DNA of 64,000 bases. Origin: Lama guanicoe. Taxonomy: Eukaryota. Of the stretch, positions 1 through 12,175 are shown in pieces. Location: the NCBI GenBank assembly GCA_013239625.1, contig MU053994.1, positions 2,299,589 to 2,363,588 on the forward strand. The letters run 5' to 3'. Position numbers and translations under genes: made by a program. Under the pieces are notes generated by a model. It searched no databases, was not told the DNA's origin, and saw nothing but the letters and a program-made list of their open reading frames with translations. Every line of letters starts with the position of its first letter. Position 1 is the stretch's first letter.

Positions 1-693
1 CATTTCATAAGCTGTATCATTTGGCACAGTTGTGAGGTGATGGTGTTGTGGAACTAAGTCTCTTGGACGTATCAGCAGGGTCACACTGGCAGGCTGGGGT
101 GATGTGACACCTGGACAATGAATACAAAGGCAGGAAATGTCACCGGGCCCCTAGATGTCTTGACTCCATCACGATTTCTCAACCAATGTGTCCTGGCTCC
201 TGGGTGTGCTGGGATGGTCTCTATGGAGTGTGTGAGCATATGAATTGTGACTCTGAATCCCAGTTCTGGCCTCAGCACCTTATCAGTGCCACACAGGAGG
301 GCTGCGTGTGTCCCGCATCTTATCAGTACCAACAAATTAGGGTTGCCTAATTTGCATATCCATACCAAACTTACAAGCAAACCCAGCCGGGTGAGTAGTG
401 CAGTGTGTGCAGTAATCATAACTAGGATCAATGGATTAGGCTTAGCTAATTTACATGCAGCCAATCATAGCCAAGGTATAAACAGCAAAGCTGCTGGGGG
501 AGCCAATCACATGAAGGGAATTCACCACCATAGACCACAAGCCCCTGAGCGTCCCCAGCTGGATGGGCACCCACTCCCACTGCAGGAGAGAGGCCGTGGA
601 GGACTCAGGACTTGCTCTGACAAGGTGCTGGATCCCATCCACCCACAGTGACAGCCTGAGTGACCAAGGGTGAGAGGAAGAGAGTGACTATAC

Positions 694-1285
694 TGTCATA
701 GTTTGGATTCGCTCAAAAGCAAGCCTGAGATGAAGAAGATTCAAGGGCAGAAAGCGCCAGCAGGGGAGTGCAGGTGTACGGGAAGACAGCTAATAAAGGA
801 TGCACAAGCAAGCCAGGTACCTCTGGGGGCAACTGTCATGGGCTGAAATGCATCTTCTGAAAATTCATATGTTGAAGTCCTAACCCCCAGGACCTCTGAA
901 TGTGATTGTACTGAGAGATAGGGTCTTTAACGAGGTGATTAAAGTAAACTGAGGTTCTTAGGACGAGCCCTGATCCAATCTGACTGGTATCCATAGGACA
1001 CAGACACACAGAGAGGAATGACCGTGTGAAGACACAGGGTGGTGAGGAAGCTGGGGGATTTAATCCACCAGCTTGCGTCAGTCATTCACTGGGGGCTGTT
1101 TCCAGGGGAGCACTGATTTCCACACCCCCAGTCAGCTGCAGGCAGAGGCAAAGCAGCTTTGGTGACCAGTAGAAGCCCCCAGGTGAAGAAGTTCAGGGAT
1201 TGCCATTTGAAAGTTGGGCCTGGAGGCCCTAAGTGGTAAGAGCGAGGGGACTTGTGGGAGGCAACAGTGACAGCATCTGGTGCAC
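694..1285 (-). mobile_element. ERVL LTR16(C)-like solo LTR, interrupted by MLT1B
   Basis: Starts TGTCATAGTTTGGATTCGCTCAAAAGCAAGCCTGAGA and ends AAGTGGTAAGAGCGAGGGGA...ACAGCATCTGGTGCACA, resembling the recalled LTR16C reverse strand. Confidence 0.7.
834..1040 (+). mobile_element. MaLR LTR MLT1B-like 5' fragment
   Basis: AAAATTCATATGTTGAAGTCCTAACCCCCAG...CCCTGATCCAATCTGACTGGT...CCGTGTGAAGACACAGGG. Confidence 0.8.
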
Positions 1286-1939
1286 AGGCCTATGAGATGA
1301 ATAATGGACTATCTTAGGTACCTGCCTAGGCGCTAAGCTACAGTAGCCTTTAACCCCTGCCCCAGAGGAATATGTGTGGATGTGGCGTGTGTGTTCATAG
1401 GAAGGTTTAGATAGAATATATATTCTCATATTGGACTATCCCATGTAAGGTTATACAACCCTGTAATAAATATAATTTGCAAAGGTTACCTCTGGTTAGT
1501 TTCCATACCAAAGCCAGTGGGGTAAATGGAACATATAACACAATTCACTGAGGTCTTGGACCCCTGTAGCTTTGGAGGCCTCCTAGTGAGATTAGGAGCA
1601 CTTCAGTGCCTCGTCTTAATTTTAGACCCGTGCACTGGGCTCAGCTAGGATGAGGGTGCTTTGAGTCAGGCTTCCTGGTTTGAAGCAACTGAGACAGATG
1701 CTACCCGACTTCAGTAGGAGAGGGATTTCGGGAAGGTGTGAGGTAGTCCACCGGCTTGAGAGAAGAGAATAGGACTCATAGCCAAGAACATTCCGGTTGG
1801 TGTGAGGTGGGTGTGACTTGTCAGCACACCCCCCATGCACAGCCTCTGTAGGGCACTGTCGCTGCTGGACTCTTGAGGTTGCCACCATATCACTGTCTCT
1901 GCCGCTTTATGACATTTCCTTGAGATTCAATTGGGGCTC

Positions 1940-2232
1940 TCTGGGCCTCCCTATCTCTGAGTGGCCTCTCCGCATGGCCTTTCCAACATGGCAGCTCAGG
2001 ACAGTGGGATTTCTTGCACATCAGCCCAGGGCTTCCAAGAAAGAGAAACAGACTGAAGCTGTATCGCCTTTTATGACTTAGTGTTGGAAATCATGCAGTC
2101 TCCCTTCCACCATACTCTGTTCATCCCATGCAAGCCTAAAAAGCCAGTGGATTCCAGGGAAGAGATTAGACTTCTCAGCTCTCTGACAGGAGGACTTTCA
2201 AAGGATGGGGGGACATGTTTTAAAACCACCCA
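1940..2232 (-). mobile_element. MaLR LTR (MLT1H/I-like) fragment
   Basis: GAAGCTGTATCGCCTTTTATGACTTAGTGTTGGAAATCATGCAG...TTTTAAAACCACC. Confidence 0.65.
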
Positions 2233-3317
2233 GGTGCGCTCGGAGATGGCAAACAGCCACTTGACTTGACAGTTTAACGGGACCAACACATTTTTCCTTT
2301 TTGATTACCTGACTTGGCTGCTTGTTTCCCAGGATGCAGAAAGGCCTGGCGCAAACTCCAGGCAGCATGTTAGTAACTAACATGTTTGCACTTCGGGGGC
2401 TGGACCCACCGACTCCAGTTAATCCTGCTTCGTCATTATGCCAAGAAAGCTCATTCCGACCCAAATTTGACTATTGGTTTTTAATTTTGGTGCCATTTTT
2501 CATGCTGATGGCTCTTCTGGCTGACAATGAATTACCCTGGGTGCAAATTAAATACAATAGAATTGCTAATCAGGCTATTAGAATACGCTGACAGGAGGAA
2601 ATCTACAAGTTGTCAGACCTGGGTGGGCTCTTCCCTTGCCTTTGGGACAGAATTCACGTGAATGTGAATGGACCTGTGCATGGGACAGGTTCAAATATTG
2701 GAAACAGACACCTGCAGGCAGCCGGAGGGACTAAGCAAGTGGCTGCAAGGCCTGCGATCCTACACTGGCTCAGCTGGTTCTCTTTGCAGCAAAAATCTTG
2801 CCCTGTAAGTACACGTGTCCCTGGGGATCGCTGTCTAATGTTCCATACACTCTTCTCATGCAAGGAAGTGTCGAGATTTATCTCCACCTCCAGGCTCACA
2901 AGTAAAGCACCAAATATCTGGCACAAGGAACAGTGTTTTCAGATTTCTAAATTTAGACAGAAGGTGAGAATGCACCAGCGGTTTTCCTCTTGTGTCTAAT
3001 TCCAAGCAAAGATAGAAAGACTCTTATCTGTTGAAGACTTCACGTCTCACGGCCAAAGTTTCTTTGTCTGTGTGTGTGGGTTTTTTTTTTTTAATCCATA
3101 CAAAACTGAGGAAATAGATTCAGGAGGCGCTTCCTAAGGGTGCAATGATTGATGCCAAATGGTGGTTCTATAAATCAGGAGGTGTTAGACCGTCAGAGAA
3201 GATGGAATATGGTGTTCAAGGGTGAAGATGCAAACCTGGGTGCCTTGCAGTGATGTTTTTTGGAGAGGGGAGATGTGCTGGAGATCCTTTACAAGTGAGA
3301 GGGGGACCCCATTGCAT

Positions 3318-3500
3318 CAATAATAGCTAACACTTATTGAACCCTGCCTGACATATCTGGCCATTTGAAATGCTTGCAACATTTAATCTTCACACCAGCC
3401 CTCTGTGTGTGGATTATGATCATCGGCCCCATTTAATGGATGGCCATCTTGAGGTTAGGTAACTTTCCACAAGGTCACTCGACAAATTCGTACTTAATCC
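3318..3500 (-). mobile_element. MIR SINE
   Basis: AATAATAGCTAACACTTATTGA...TTTAATCTTCACACCAGCCCT...CCCCATTT...AAGGTCAC. Confidence 0.7.
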
Positions 3501-3504
3501 AGTG

Positions 3505-4175
3505 GTATTTGATTGGGTTCAGCTGTCAGAGATGGTGGGCCAGGGGCAGGGAAGACTGGCTTAAATAAGAAAGATATTCTTTCTTAGAAAAACAAAATTT
3601 GGTGGTAAGCAGTCTAACTCTGGTACGGCGACTCTATAATCATTAGCCATGCACGTTCCTTCTATCTCACTACTCCATCATCTCCAGCATAGGTTCTCTG
3701 CTTTGGGTTGCCAGATAAAATACAGGACACCAATTAAATTGGAATTTCAGATAAACAACAAAAAATTTTTTTAGTATAAGTGTATCCTGTGCCATATTAA
3801 ATAATTAACTAAAGTAGTACAATTAAAGTATTAAATTTCTTAATTAAATAAAAATGAAGTAAAAATAAAATCTTTTTATTTGCTCAATTTGGCAACCCTC
3901 TCTCTACCTCATGGTTCAAGATGGCTGCCCATGCTCCAGCCCTTAGGACCACACTTCAGGCAGCTGGAGGGAAGAGGGTTAAAGAAGGGTCTCCCTCTCT
4001 TTAAAGACACTTCATGGAAGTCAATCCCCAAACTACTGCTCACCTCACATTGGCCACATGTGGCTTTTAGGGAGACTGGGAAACATGGCTTTTATTCTGA
4101 GCAGCCATGGGCCCAACTGACAGAGCTTCTGTATTAAGAAAAATGGATATCAGGGGTTAACTCAGTGTCTACCAC
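3505..4175 (-). mobile_element. MaLR LTR (MLT1J/K-like), interrupted by MER53
   Basis: TGGCTTAAATAAGAAAG...CCTCATGGTTCAAGATGGCTGC...GGGAGACTGGGAAA...GTCTACCACA. Confidence 0.6.
3705..3899. mobile_element. MER53 palindromic hAT MITE
   Basis: Terminal inverted repeats (TIRs) GGGTTGCCAGATAAAATACAGGAC / TTTATTTGCTCAATTTGGCAACCCT. Confidence 0.85.
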
Positions 4176-4399
4176 AGCTGGGATTTAAACTCAAGTCAAA
4201 ATAGCTTTTGAGTCTTGGGGCTTAATCACCCTGACTTCCTGCCTTTTCTCCGTGTCGAAAGGGTAGGGCAGACACAGTGTGTGTTTCGCACAGCTCTTCT
4301 CAAATCCTCTTCCCGGTTTCTGGGTGCCTCTCCCCTGACTTCCCTGTGCTTTTGCTGCTAACAGGCAGCACGTGCAACACTCTTCAGAGGTCTGCCCTC

Positions 4400-4695
4400 G
4401 GGCTCCTGGAGCCACAAAGACCACACCTGGGAATTGGGATGGCACTTCGCCAATGACTCACTGTGCGGGAGTCTGCAAGCCCCGCTCCCTTGCCTGAGGT
4501 CAGGAGGAAGACTAAAGCGTCATTTACACCCCAGAGCCCCGGCAGGGTCAGGCCCAGTGTGTGCCCTCGCTGGACTGCTTCGCTTTTCTTGTCCTGTTCT
4601 CCCTACTCCCTTAACTGGTCTCTCCTGGAGGCACTGCTTTCATCAATCACTTGCACACAAATCCTTGTTGCAGTGTCTTCGTGGCCTAAGATAAG
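4400..4695 (+). mobile_element. ERVL LTR (LTR16/LTR33 group) 3' fragment
   Basis: Ends TCAATCACTTGCACACAAATCCTTGT...CCTAAGATA, a typical LTR16/33 3' end. Confidence 0.5.
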
Positions 4696-5243
4696 GGTTT
4701 ACCCTGGAAAATATAAATAGGAAGTGGGGCAGCACTTTTGAAGACAAAGCGGTTCTGTTGTCACATGGCCAAAGGGACTCACAAAGCCCTTGCGTTTGAA
4801 TTAGGTCACACCCCAGCCTTGCCGGCAAATCCTGAGCTGTGACAACTTATACAAACTTGGGCATTTAATACTTATTCCATTCCTCCTCCAAGCTATGGTT
4901 TTTTTTTTTTTTAAGGAATATGTATTAGTCCGGGTTTGGTTGGGAAAACAACACTTTGTGCTTCAAATAGGAAGGTGCTTAGGTGCTTAGGAAACAGTTG
5001 GAAGTGCAAAGGTCCAGAAAAGCTGATACCAGCTCTCAGAGTCCTCCAAACTTCCAGAGCACCAGAGAATACAGTGAATTGCGTGCTGGCCTGCAGGACC
5101 AAGGTAGGTGATTCTCAGAGGCATGCCTGAGGGTTGCCATGAAAATTTCCACTTGCTATACCCTTCGCATCTGCCTGCTGTTGCTGGAGAAACAGGAATA
5201 CTGCTTCTTGCCTCGCTTTCACCTTCCAAGTCTCGTGCAAATA

Positions 5244-5982
5244 CAGTGGCTCCTCCTTACAGGTCCCTCCTGCTATCCGAAAGCGGAGTGTTCCTGTGAA
5301 ATCTTTCGTAAGCTGAGATGGCGTAAAGCAAAGAAGCCATTACCTTCGGGCACATCTTGCTCACAGATTCACAAAATCAATCGAGATGGAAAAAGCGCAG
5401 ATGCTTACAGACACAGGTGAAAGCTATAGCGGCTTGATGCTGAGATGCTGCGTGTAGTTCCCAGGGACGGAGCTTGGCGGGGCCACTGTCGCGGCCGCAC
5501 TTGCGCACTGCCTCTGTAACAGCTCGGCTCACAGCAAAGCAGACACAGAACACTTTTTTCACTTTTCATCTTTTTTTTTTTTTTTTTGTAAAAGTGAAAA
5601 TCCTCTTTGGATTTCTTTGGGTTAGGGAAAACAGGTACTAATACAGATCTTTCGTAAAAAGGGAAGTGGCATAAAGCAAACTTTAGAAAACCAAGGAATA
5701 CTGGCATTTGTGGATTCCTTATTTGCAAATTTGCCTACTCGCTAAAATTTATTTGTAACCTCAAGATCAGCACTCAAGGCAAATTCACAGTTGTTCACGG
5801 GCTTGTGCCGAGGGGCGACGCGCCCGTTCCCAGCTGAGGTTGAACGTGAGGATGCTCTATGTTTTTGTTCTGGATTCCATACTGACAATGAGTGTCTTTT
5901 TTTGTGGTCTGTTGAGTGCCATGTTTTTGAGCTTTCTGTTGGCGACTTTGCTGTTTAAAACAGCGCAAGTGTAATGCTGAAG
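5244..5982 (-). mobile_element. MER82 (TcMar-Tigger) fragment, its terminus interrupted by the Tigger6-like element
   Basis: TGGATTCCTTATTTGCAAATTTGCCTACTCGCTAAAATTTATTTGTAACC...TTCCCAGCTGAGGTTGAAC. Confidence 0.75.
5260..5703 (-). mobile_element. TcMar-Tigger non-autonomous element (Tigger6a-like), ~445 bp
   Basis: TA|CAGGTCCCTCCTGCTATCCGAAAG ... CTTTAGAAAACCAAGGAATACTG degenerate TIRs; internal GATGCTGAGATGCTGCGTGTAGTTCCCAGGG. Confidence 0.7.
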
Positions 5983-5989
5983 AGACTGT

Positions 5990-6560
5990 GATGAGAAATT
6001 TGTGTTGTACATTTTGGAAAATTCTCGGCCATTATCTTTATTTTTATTGAAGTAGAGTTGATTTACAATGTTGTGTGAGTTTCTGGAGTACAGCATAGTG
6101 ATTCAGTTACACTTATATATGTATATGTTCTTTTTCATAGTCTTTCATTATAGGTTATTACAAGATATTGAACATAGTTCCCTGTGCTACACAGTAGGAC
6201 CTTGTTGGTTTTGGCCATTATTTCTTCAAATATTTCTCCTGCCCTCTTCTCTCTCTTCTCCTGGGATTCCTATTACATGTATGTTAAGGCTGATATTCTC
6301 CCACAGCGTGGTGAGGCTCTGTTCTGGTTTTTTCCCCTATAATTTTTTTCTCTTTGTGTTTCAGTCTGGGTACTTTCCATTGACTATCTTCAGACTTACT
6401 TATTCTTTCCTCCGCTGTGTCAAGTCTCCTGATGAGCCATTAAAGGCACAGTAGTGTTTTTCATTTCTAGCATTTCCATTTCATTCTTTCTTATAGTTTT
6501 ATTCTCTCGGATGAAATCACCCATCTGACCTTGCATGTTCTTGTACTTTTTCCACTCAGG
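5990..6560 (-). mobile_element. Old L1M fragment
   Basis: TTTTGGAAAATTCTCGGCCATTAT...TCTCCTGGGATTCCTATTACATGTATGTT...CATTTCTAGCATTTCCATTT. Confidence 0.65.
6040..6210 (-). mobile_element. Artiodactyl/camelid L1 3' end, 5'-truncated
   Basis: TTATTGAAGTAGAGTTGATTTACAATGTTG...TTCCCTGTGCTACACAGTAGGACCTTG; flanked by a target-site duplication (TSD) of GGCCATTAT. Confidence 0.9.
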
Positions 6561-6999
6561 CCAGTGTCCAGTGGCTTCCACCCCCAGGTAAACAGGTGCT
6601 CACATCTTGTCTCACCTTGGCGCACCTGTCTTTTCTTAGTGTTCGGGTCACTTGGTTGCCCTGTGACCTCAGCTCACTGAAGTTCAAGGAAAGCTGTGAT
6701 TTTTCAGATTATCCAGATTGCTGTCGTCATTGTTGTTTATTTTCAGCATTCTATATCCTAAGTAGACAGCTTTTTTTTTTTCCCCAAAGAGAGATGCTTC
6801 TGTAGGAAAAGTACAAGAATTAATGTTTTGTTAAATTTCTGGTTTCTTTCAGACCCCTGATATGGGCATAGATAACCAAACCAAGGCATCTGTATTTACA
6901 TGGTGGAATTGAAGAGGAGATTCTCAGTCTCTGTGAGGCTATCTTATAGGCAGTGGTTAGTGGTGTAAATGACTGATCAAACTTAAATCTTACCTCCGG

Positions 7000-8198
7000 A
7001 ATTATATCCTCCCAAAATTCATGTGTTAAAATCCCCCAATGTGACTGTATTTGGAGATAGGCCCTGTAAAGAGGTAATTAAGTTTAAATGAGGTGTAAGG
7101 ATGGAGCCCTAATCCAATCTGACTGGTGTCCTTACAAGAGGAAGAGACACCAGGGATGTGTGAGCACAGATTTCAGGATTCTGGTCACCGATTACAATGT
7201 ATGGGTTTTTTTTTTTTCCCTACACCACCAAGTAATTCTGGGACACCAGCTGGGTGTCCTACAATTCAATGCAATTCTGACACTATCTGCCTGGAGACAG
7301 CATCAGATCCCATAGGTTAAGGGCTCAGTCCTACAAGACCACCCCTCCCCCACAATGTTAGACTGCGTTCACAAGCTGAGGTGTCACCTGTGCTTCTGAC
7401 TGACCAGCTACAGATCGGAAGTTCCAGCGACCCCCTCTTTGGGTTCAATTAATTTGCTAGAGCAGGTCACAGAGCTCAGATTACAGGTTTATTACAAAGG
7501 ATATTAAAGGATACAAATCAACAGCCGGATGAAGAGATAACACAGGGCAAAGTCCTGAACAAAGGAGTTTCTGTCCTCGTGGAGTTTGGGGCCCAGCACA
7601 GCAGCAAGTGGCAGCCTTCTGGTCCACCAACCTGAACGCTCTTCCAAATTCCACCCTTTTGGGTTTTTATGGAGGCTTCATTATGTAGGCATGATTGATT
7701 AAATCACTGGCTATTGGCAATCCATTAACCCCCCAGCTTCTCTCCCCTTCCTGGAAACTGGGGTGAGGGGAGGGACTGAAAGTTCCAATCCTCATATCAC
7801 ATGGTTGGGTGTCCCCCTCCCCCCCCCAGCAACCAGACTCCATCCTTAGGTTACCTGTTTGGTTTCCAAAAACCACCTCATTAACATAACAAAAGACATC
7901 TTTATTGCTCTCAACACTTAGGAAACTCCAACAGTTTTAGGAAACCTCTGTGCCAGAAACAGGGATGAAGACCAAATGTCTATTTATTTTAAATCCCAAT
8001 ATCACAAGAGGAAAGACCAAGGGTGGACATGGTGAGAAAGGGACCATTTATAAGCCAAGGAGAGCGGTCTCAGGAGAAACCAATGCTACAAGCCTCTTGA
8101 TCTTGGACCTTCAGCCTCCAGAATTGTGACAAAATAAAATTTCTTTTGTTTAAGGCACCCTGTCTGTGGTATTAAGGCAACTCAAGGAGACCAGTACA
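7000..8198 (+). mobile_element. MLT1B-like MaLR LTR split by MER21
   Basis: CCCTAATCCAATCTGACTGGTGTCCTTACAAGAGGAAG ... CAGCCTCCAGAATTGTGACAAAATAAAATTTC. Confidence 0.8.
7171..8006 (-). mobile_element. MER21-family ERVL LTR
   Basis: ACACCAGCTGGGTGTCCTACAATTCAATGCAATTCTGACACTATCTGCCTGGAG...AATATCACA terminus. Confidence 0.85.
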
Positions 8199-8213
8199 CC
8201 CCCAATTGCAGGT

Positions 8214-8708
8214 GTGGTAGATTCTTAAAAATGGCTCCCAGCCATATCTCCCAGGATTCACTCCCTTTTGCAAAGTATCTTGAGCTCCTTCCATCAAAAG
8301 GTGGAATTACTAGGCCTCAAGATGAATGTGTAGCTTCCATTTTCACTTGAGGAGGATTTCCAGCGACCACGTAGAGCCCAGGCTATCTTGTTGGAGAGAG
8401 AAAAACGACTTGGAGCACAGAGCCCGCAGACGTCTTAGTGAATCTTGCCAATCCCATGAGAAGACAGAGGCCCAGACATCCCAGTGGGCCCCCAGCCATT
8501 TGAGCCACCCCAACTGGGCCATCAGTTGTGCGGCCTTGTGGGTCCCCCAGCCCCAGACAACATCACGTGGGGCAGAGATGAGTCATCCTCCCACCTCACC
8601 GCTGCCCCAGATTCCTGACCCAGAGAGTCATGAGAAATAAAATGATAGTTGTTTCAGGCAACTAAGTTTTGGGTGATTTGAGAGGTAACAATAGCTAGTT
8701 AATATACC
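8214..8708 (+). mobile_element. MaLR LTR (MLT1G/H-like)
   Basis: TGTGGTAGATTCTTAAAAATGGC...CCTTCCATCAAAAGGTGG...CAGATTCCTGACCCAGAGAGTCATGAGAAATAAAATG. Confidence 0.7.
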
Positions 8709-9156
8709 AGGGACCTCCAAGTGCCCCACAATGTCCCTTCTTCTTTTTGTCCTCATTAAAAAAAAAAAAAAAGGCTCATTTCTCAGCTAGATACATGGCC
8801 GCCTGAAATGAAAATTACATTTCTCAACTTTCCTTGCAGCTAGATTCAGCCATATGATTAAGTTCTGGCCAGTGGGGTATACATAGAAAGGGTATATACA
8901 ACCTTCAGGAAATATCTTTGAGGCCTTGATCTTAACAGTACACCAGACTCTATTGGAGACTCCACTGCAATTGGAAAGACAACATTTTGCACGTGACTGT
9001 TTTTGCATCCTACCTTACCTGAATGAGATGGGTGGCTTTGGTGCCTGTTAGGAGAAAAAAAAAAAAAAGAACAGCAGCAACCAAAACAGTGTACTATAGG
9101 CAAGGTGTGAGGATCAAAAAGTCAATGGAGAAAAAAAGGAGCTAAAAATGATACAG

Positions 9157-9990
9157 TGTGAGGATGTGGAGAAAAGGGAACCGTTGTACACTGTTGTTGG
9201 GAATGTAAATTGGTGCAGCCACTGTGGAAAACAGTATGGAGGTTCCTCAAAACACTAAAACTGGAACTACCATGTGATTCCACTTCTGGATATTTACCTG
9301 AAAAAAAAAAATACTAATTTGGAAATTTATATGCACCGCCATGTTCACTGCAGCATTATGTACAACAGCCAAGACATGGAAACAGCCTAAGTGTCCACTG
9401 ATGGATGAATGGATAGAGAAATTGTGAAATAGATAGATATATATGAAGTGGAATATTACTCAGCCATAAAAAGAAGGAAATCTTGCCATTTGCAACAACA
9501 TGGACAGACCTAGAGGGCATTATGTTAAGTGAAATAAGTCAGACAGAGAAAGACAAATACCATATGATCTCACTTATATGTGGAAGCTAAACAAAACGAA
9601 AACAAAACAAACCCCCAGCTCACAGATACAAAGAACAGATTGGTGGTTGGCAGGGGTGGGCGAGGGGGTGGGGGGATGAAATAGATGAAGCGGGTCAAAA
9701 GGTACAAACTTCCAGTAATAGAATGAATAAAAGATAAGGATGTCATGTATAGCATGGTGACTATGGTTAATAACACTGTATTATATACTTGAAAATTGTT
9801 AAAAGAGTAGGTCTTAAAAATCCTCATCACAAGAAAAAAAGTTTTTTTGTAATTGTGTGCGGTGATGGATGTTAACTAGACTTATTGTGGTGATCATTTT
9901 GCAATATATGCAAAGTTTGAATCATTATGTTGTACACCTGAAACTAACAAAATGTTATATGTCAATTATACCTCAATTTAAAATTTTTTA
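9157..9990 (+). mobile_element. L1 (L1MA8/9-like) ORF2 end and 3'UTR, 5'-truncated
   Basis: GAGGATGTGGAGAAAAGGGAACC...ATGTCAATTATACCTCAAT; TSD AAAAATGA(T/C)ACAG at 9144-9156 and 9991-10003. Confidence 0.9.
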
Positions 9991-10439
9991 AAAAATGACA
10001 CAGAAGACTGTCTTTAACCCGGTCTTCTAACATTTTGTGTGCCTTGAAAAATAAGGTGTGATGAATCTTCTCGTTCAAAGCGGATTTAAATCAAGACTTC
10101 GGGGCCCTTTGTCTGACTTTGGACCTGGAATGTTCTCAGGGTAATAACACAGAGCTGGGATTTGCATCTCAATTACCCAGTCACAGTTTATGCTTGTGAT
10201 CTCGCTGTAGCAGAACTCACAAAGATCTCATTGTTATATTCTGGTTCTAAGTAAAATGTCCTTCTAGGTGTGGTAGAAAGTTCAGAGGTATCATATGATT
10301 AAAACTCTGGATGGGAATCTGTGACTGGTATAGACGCCTCTCTAGGGCTCCTCACCCTGTTTGCCACTAAGCCTTGTGCATTCTTCATTTCTCTTGGATC
10401 TGTTGCCTTCTTTTTCTCCACGGCCTCTTCCCTGTTTTC

Positions 10440-10920
10440 AGCCTTTGCAATTTCTCTCCCGGGCTTCCTGCCCAGTCCTATCCCCTTGAATCCATTCTCT
10501 GCTCTGCAGCCACAGTGATATCTCTAGAAAGTATATCAGCTTCATGACATACCTGTGCTTGAAATCCTAGAAAGTCTCCCCAATCTTTCCATAGGAAGTA
10601 GAAAGCCTCATTCAGGCTCTGTGTGATCTAGCACCACATTCTCTCTCTGCCTCATCCCCCTATTCCTCTTCTTTCACATGCTGGCTGTGCTCTAGCCATA
10701 CTGTATGACTTGAGAACTCCTGAAGCAGCCCAGCTGTCCAAGTGTCAGGGGCTCTTTCTCAGCCCCTTCTTCTAGGCCAACCCTTTGCTACCTTTTAAGA
10801 CTCAATTTATGTGTTAGGCCACATCCTTGAGATTAGGCCCTTCTCTTTGCTTGCCTCTGTCTTTGCACTTGTCAGGCTATTTTCTGATGGTCAGTCTTCC
10901 CGTCAGGACTGCAAAGTGCT
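10440..10920 (+). mobile_element. L2 LINE 3' fragment (very old)
   Basis: CTCTGCAGCCACAGTGATATCTCTAGAA...GCTCTAGCCATACTG...CCTTTTAAGACTCAA. Confidence 0.55.
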
Positions 10921-10923
10921 TGC

Positions 10924-11335
10924 TGTGAGTGCAGTACCCACAGCCATTGCCCCCTGCCCTGCCCCTGTATCCTCTCAGCAATGACCGTTTCTATGCCCAG
11001 CAGCATAGGGCAGGCTGAAAGTGCCAGGGACTGTCAATGGCTCCTGAGCACAGCACTCAACCAATGAATGATGGGAGCTGGTGTATAAATACCCCAATTC
11101 CCTTGCCCCTTGGGTGGGATAACTCTGAGACATGGCTCTACACCATTACTCTGAGTTTTGCCTGGGGGTGTGAGTTCTGGTTGCCCACAGTGGTAGCCAG
11201 TAAAACCTACCCTTCATTGACTGACTTCCCTTCCCTGTCTCACTCTTGTGGTTTCTTGAACCTCCCAAACAAATGGTTAGCTAGTGCTCACTTCTTATCT
11301 CAGAATCTGTACCTCTGGGGCAATCCAAACCACCG
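10924..11335 (+). mobile_element. LTR16-family ERVL solo LTR
   Basis: GCAGGCTGAAAGTGCCAGGGA...CAACCAATGAATGATGGGAGCTGGTGTATAAATACCCC...GGGATAACTCTGAG. Confidence 0.8.
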
Positions 11336-11486
11336 TGGTACCTTGTTTTGTCTGCATATCTTTCCACAGCACCTAGTTTAGGTCCTTGATAATAATGTGT
11401 TGACTGGCCAATGATCTATCTAAATGAACTACAGAATTAATTACTGGTCGGGAGGACCACTCTTCTAGTGTTATCCCCATCCTTCT

Positions 11487-11885
11487 TGTGGTAGACACAG
11501 AGATGTGTGCCCAGGCTCCCCTTCAAGGAAGTCCTTGTTGCCCATGCCTGGGTGTGTGATGAGCAGACAGCCCCCAGTGGTCTCAGTACAGAGAGCCACC
11601 TTGCTGTAGGTCACGGTCTTCCCCGGTAGCCCATGTCTGGTGACTGAGCACAAATGTATGCTTTACTAGAAAGTATGAAAAGGCTATGACGATGTGGCCA
11701 TTTCCGCCTATGGCAGCAAAACTCCAGCGGGGGGGTCCTTGCTTTGAGACTTTGTGGGGCCCCTGCCAAAGCTCAGCTTCCCCCTCTGCTCTGTCCTGCC
11801 TCCCTCACTTCTTTTCATCAGACGTCATTCCTAACAAGCATCATGTCCTTCAAAAGCCTGCTTCCGGAGAGCCCAACCTGCAACG
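11487..11885 (+). mobile_element. LTR33-like ERVL solo LTR
   Basis: TGTGGTAGACACAGAGATGTGTGCCCAGGCTCCCCTTCAAGG...GCTTCCGGAGAGCCCAACCTGCAAC. Confidence 0.7.
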
Positions 11886-11979
11886 CTTCTCTCCCATCCA
11901 TTCCATGCCTTAGTCCCTCGCTGTCGCCTCCACAGACTGCTTTTCTGACCCCACCCTATTGTCCACTGCCTCCGCCCAG

Positions 11980-12175
11980 TAATAATACCTGGATAATGCT
12001 TTGCCGTCTACAAAGTATCTCCCCAGATAATATCAGATTCAGTCCTTACAGTAGCCCTGGGGGTGGGGGGTAGGTGTCTTTATTCCCATTTTTCAGATGA
12101 GGACATTGAAGTTTAGAAAAATGAAGGGATTTGCCCAAGGTCACAGCTTCCAAGTGGAAACTGGAACTCAGAAGC
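11980..12175 (-). mobile_element. MIR SINE
   Basis: MIR core ATTCCCATTTTTCAGATGAGGACATTGAAG...TTGCCCAAGGTCACAGCT. Confidence 0.8.

Noticed and set aside
350..690. Immunoglobulin/TCR V-gene (octamer ATTTGCAT plus CACAGTG heptamer at 644-650)
   Set aside because: No nonamer at 12 or 23 bp, no leader exon/intron, no V-domain Cys/Trp/YYC pattern, and the spacing is too short
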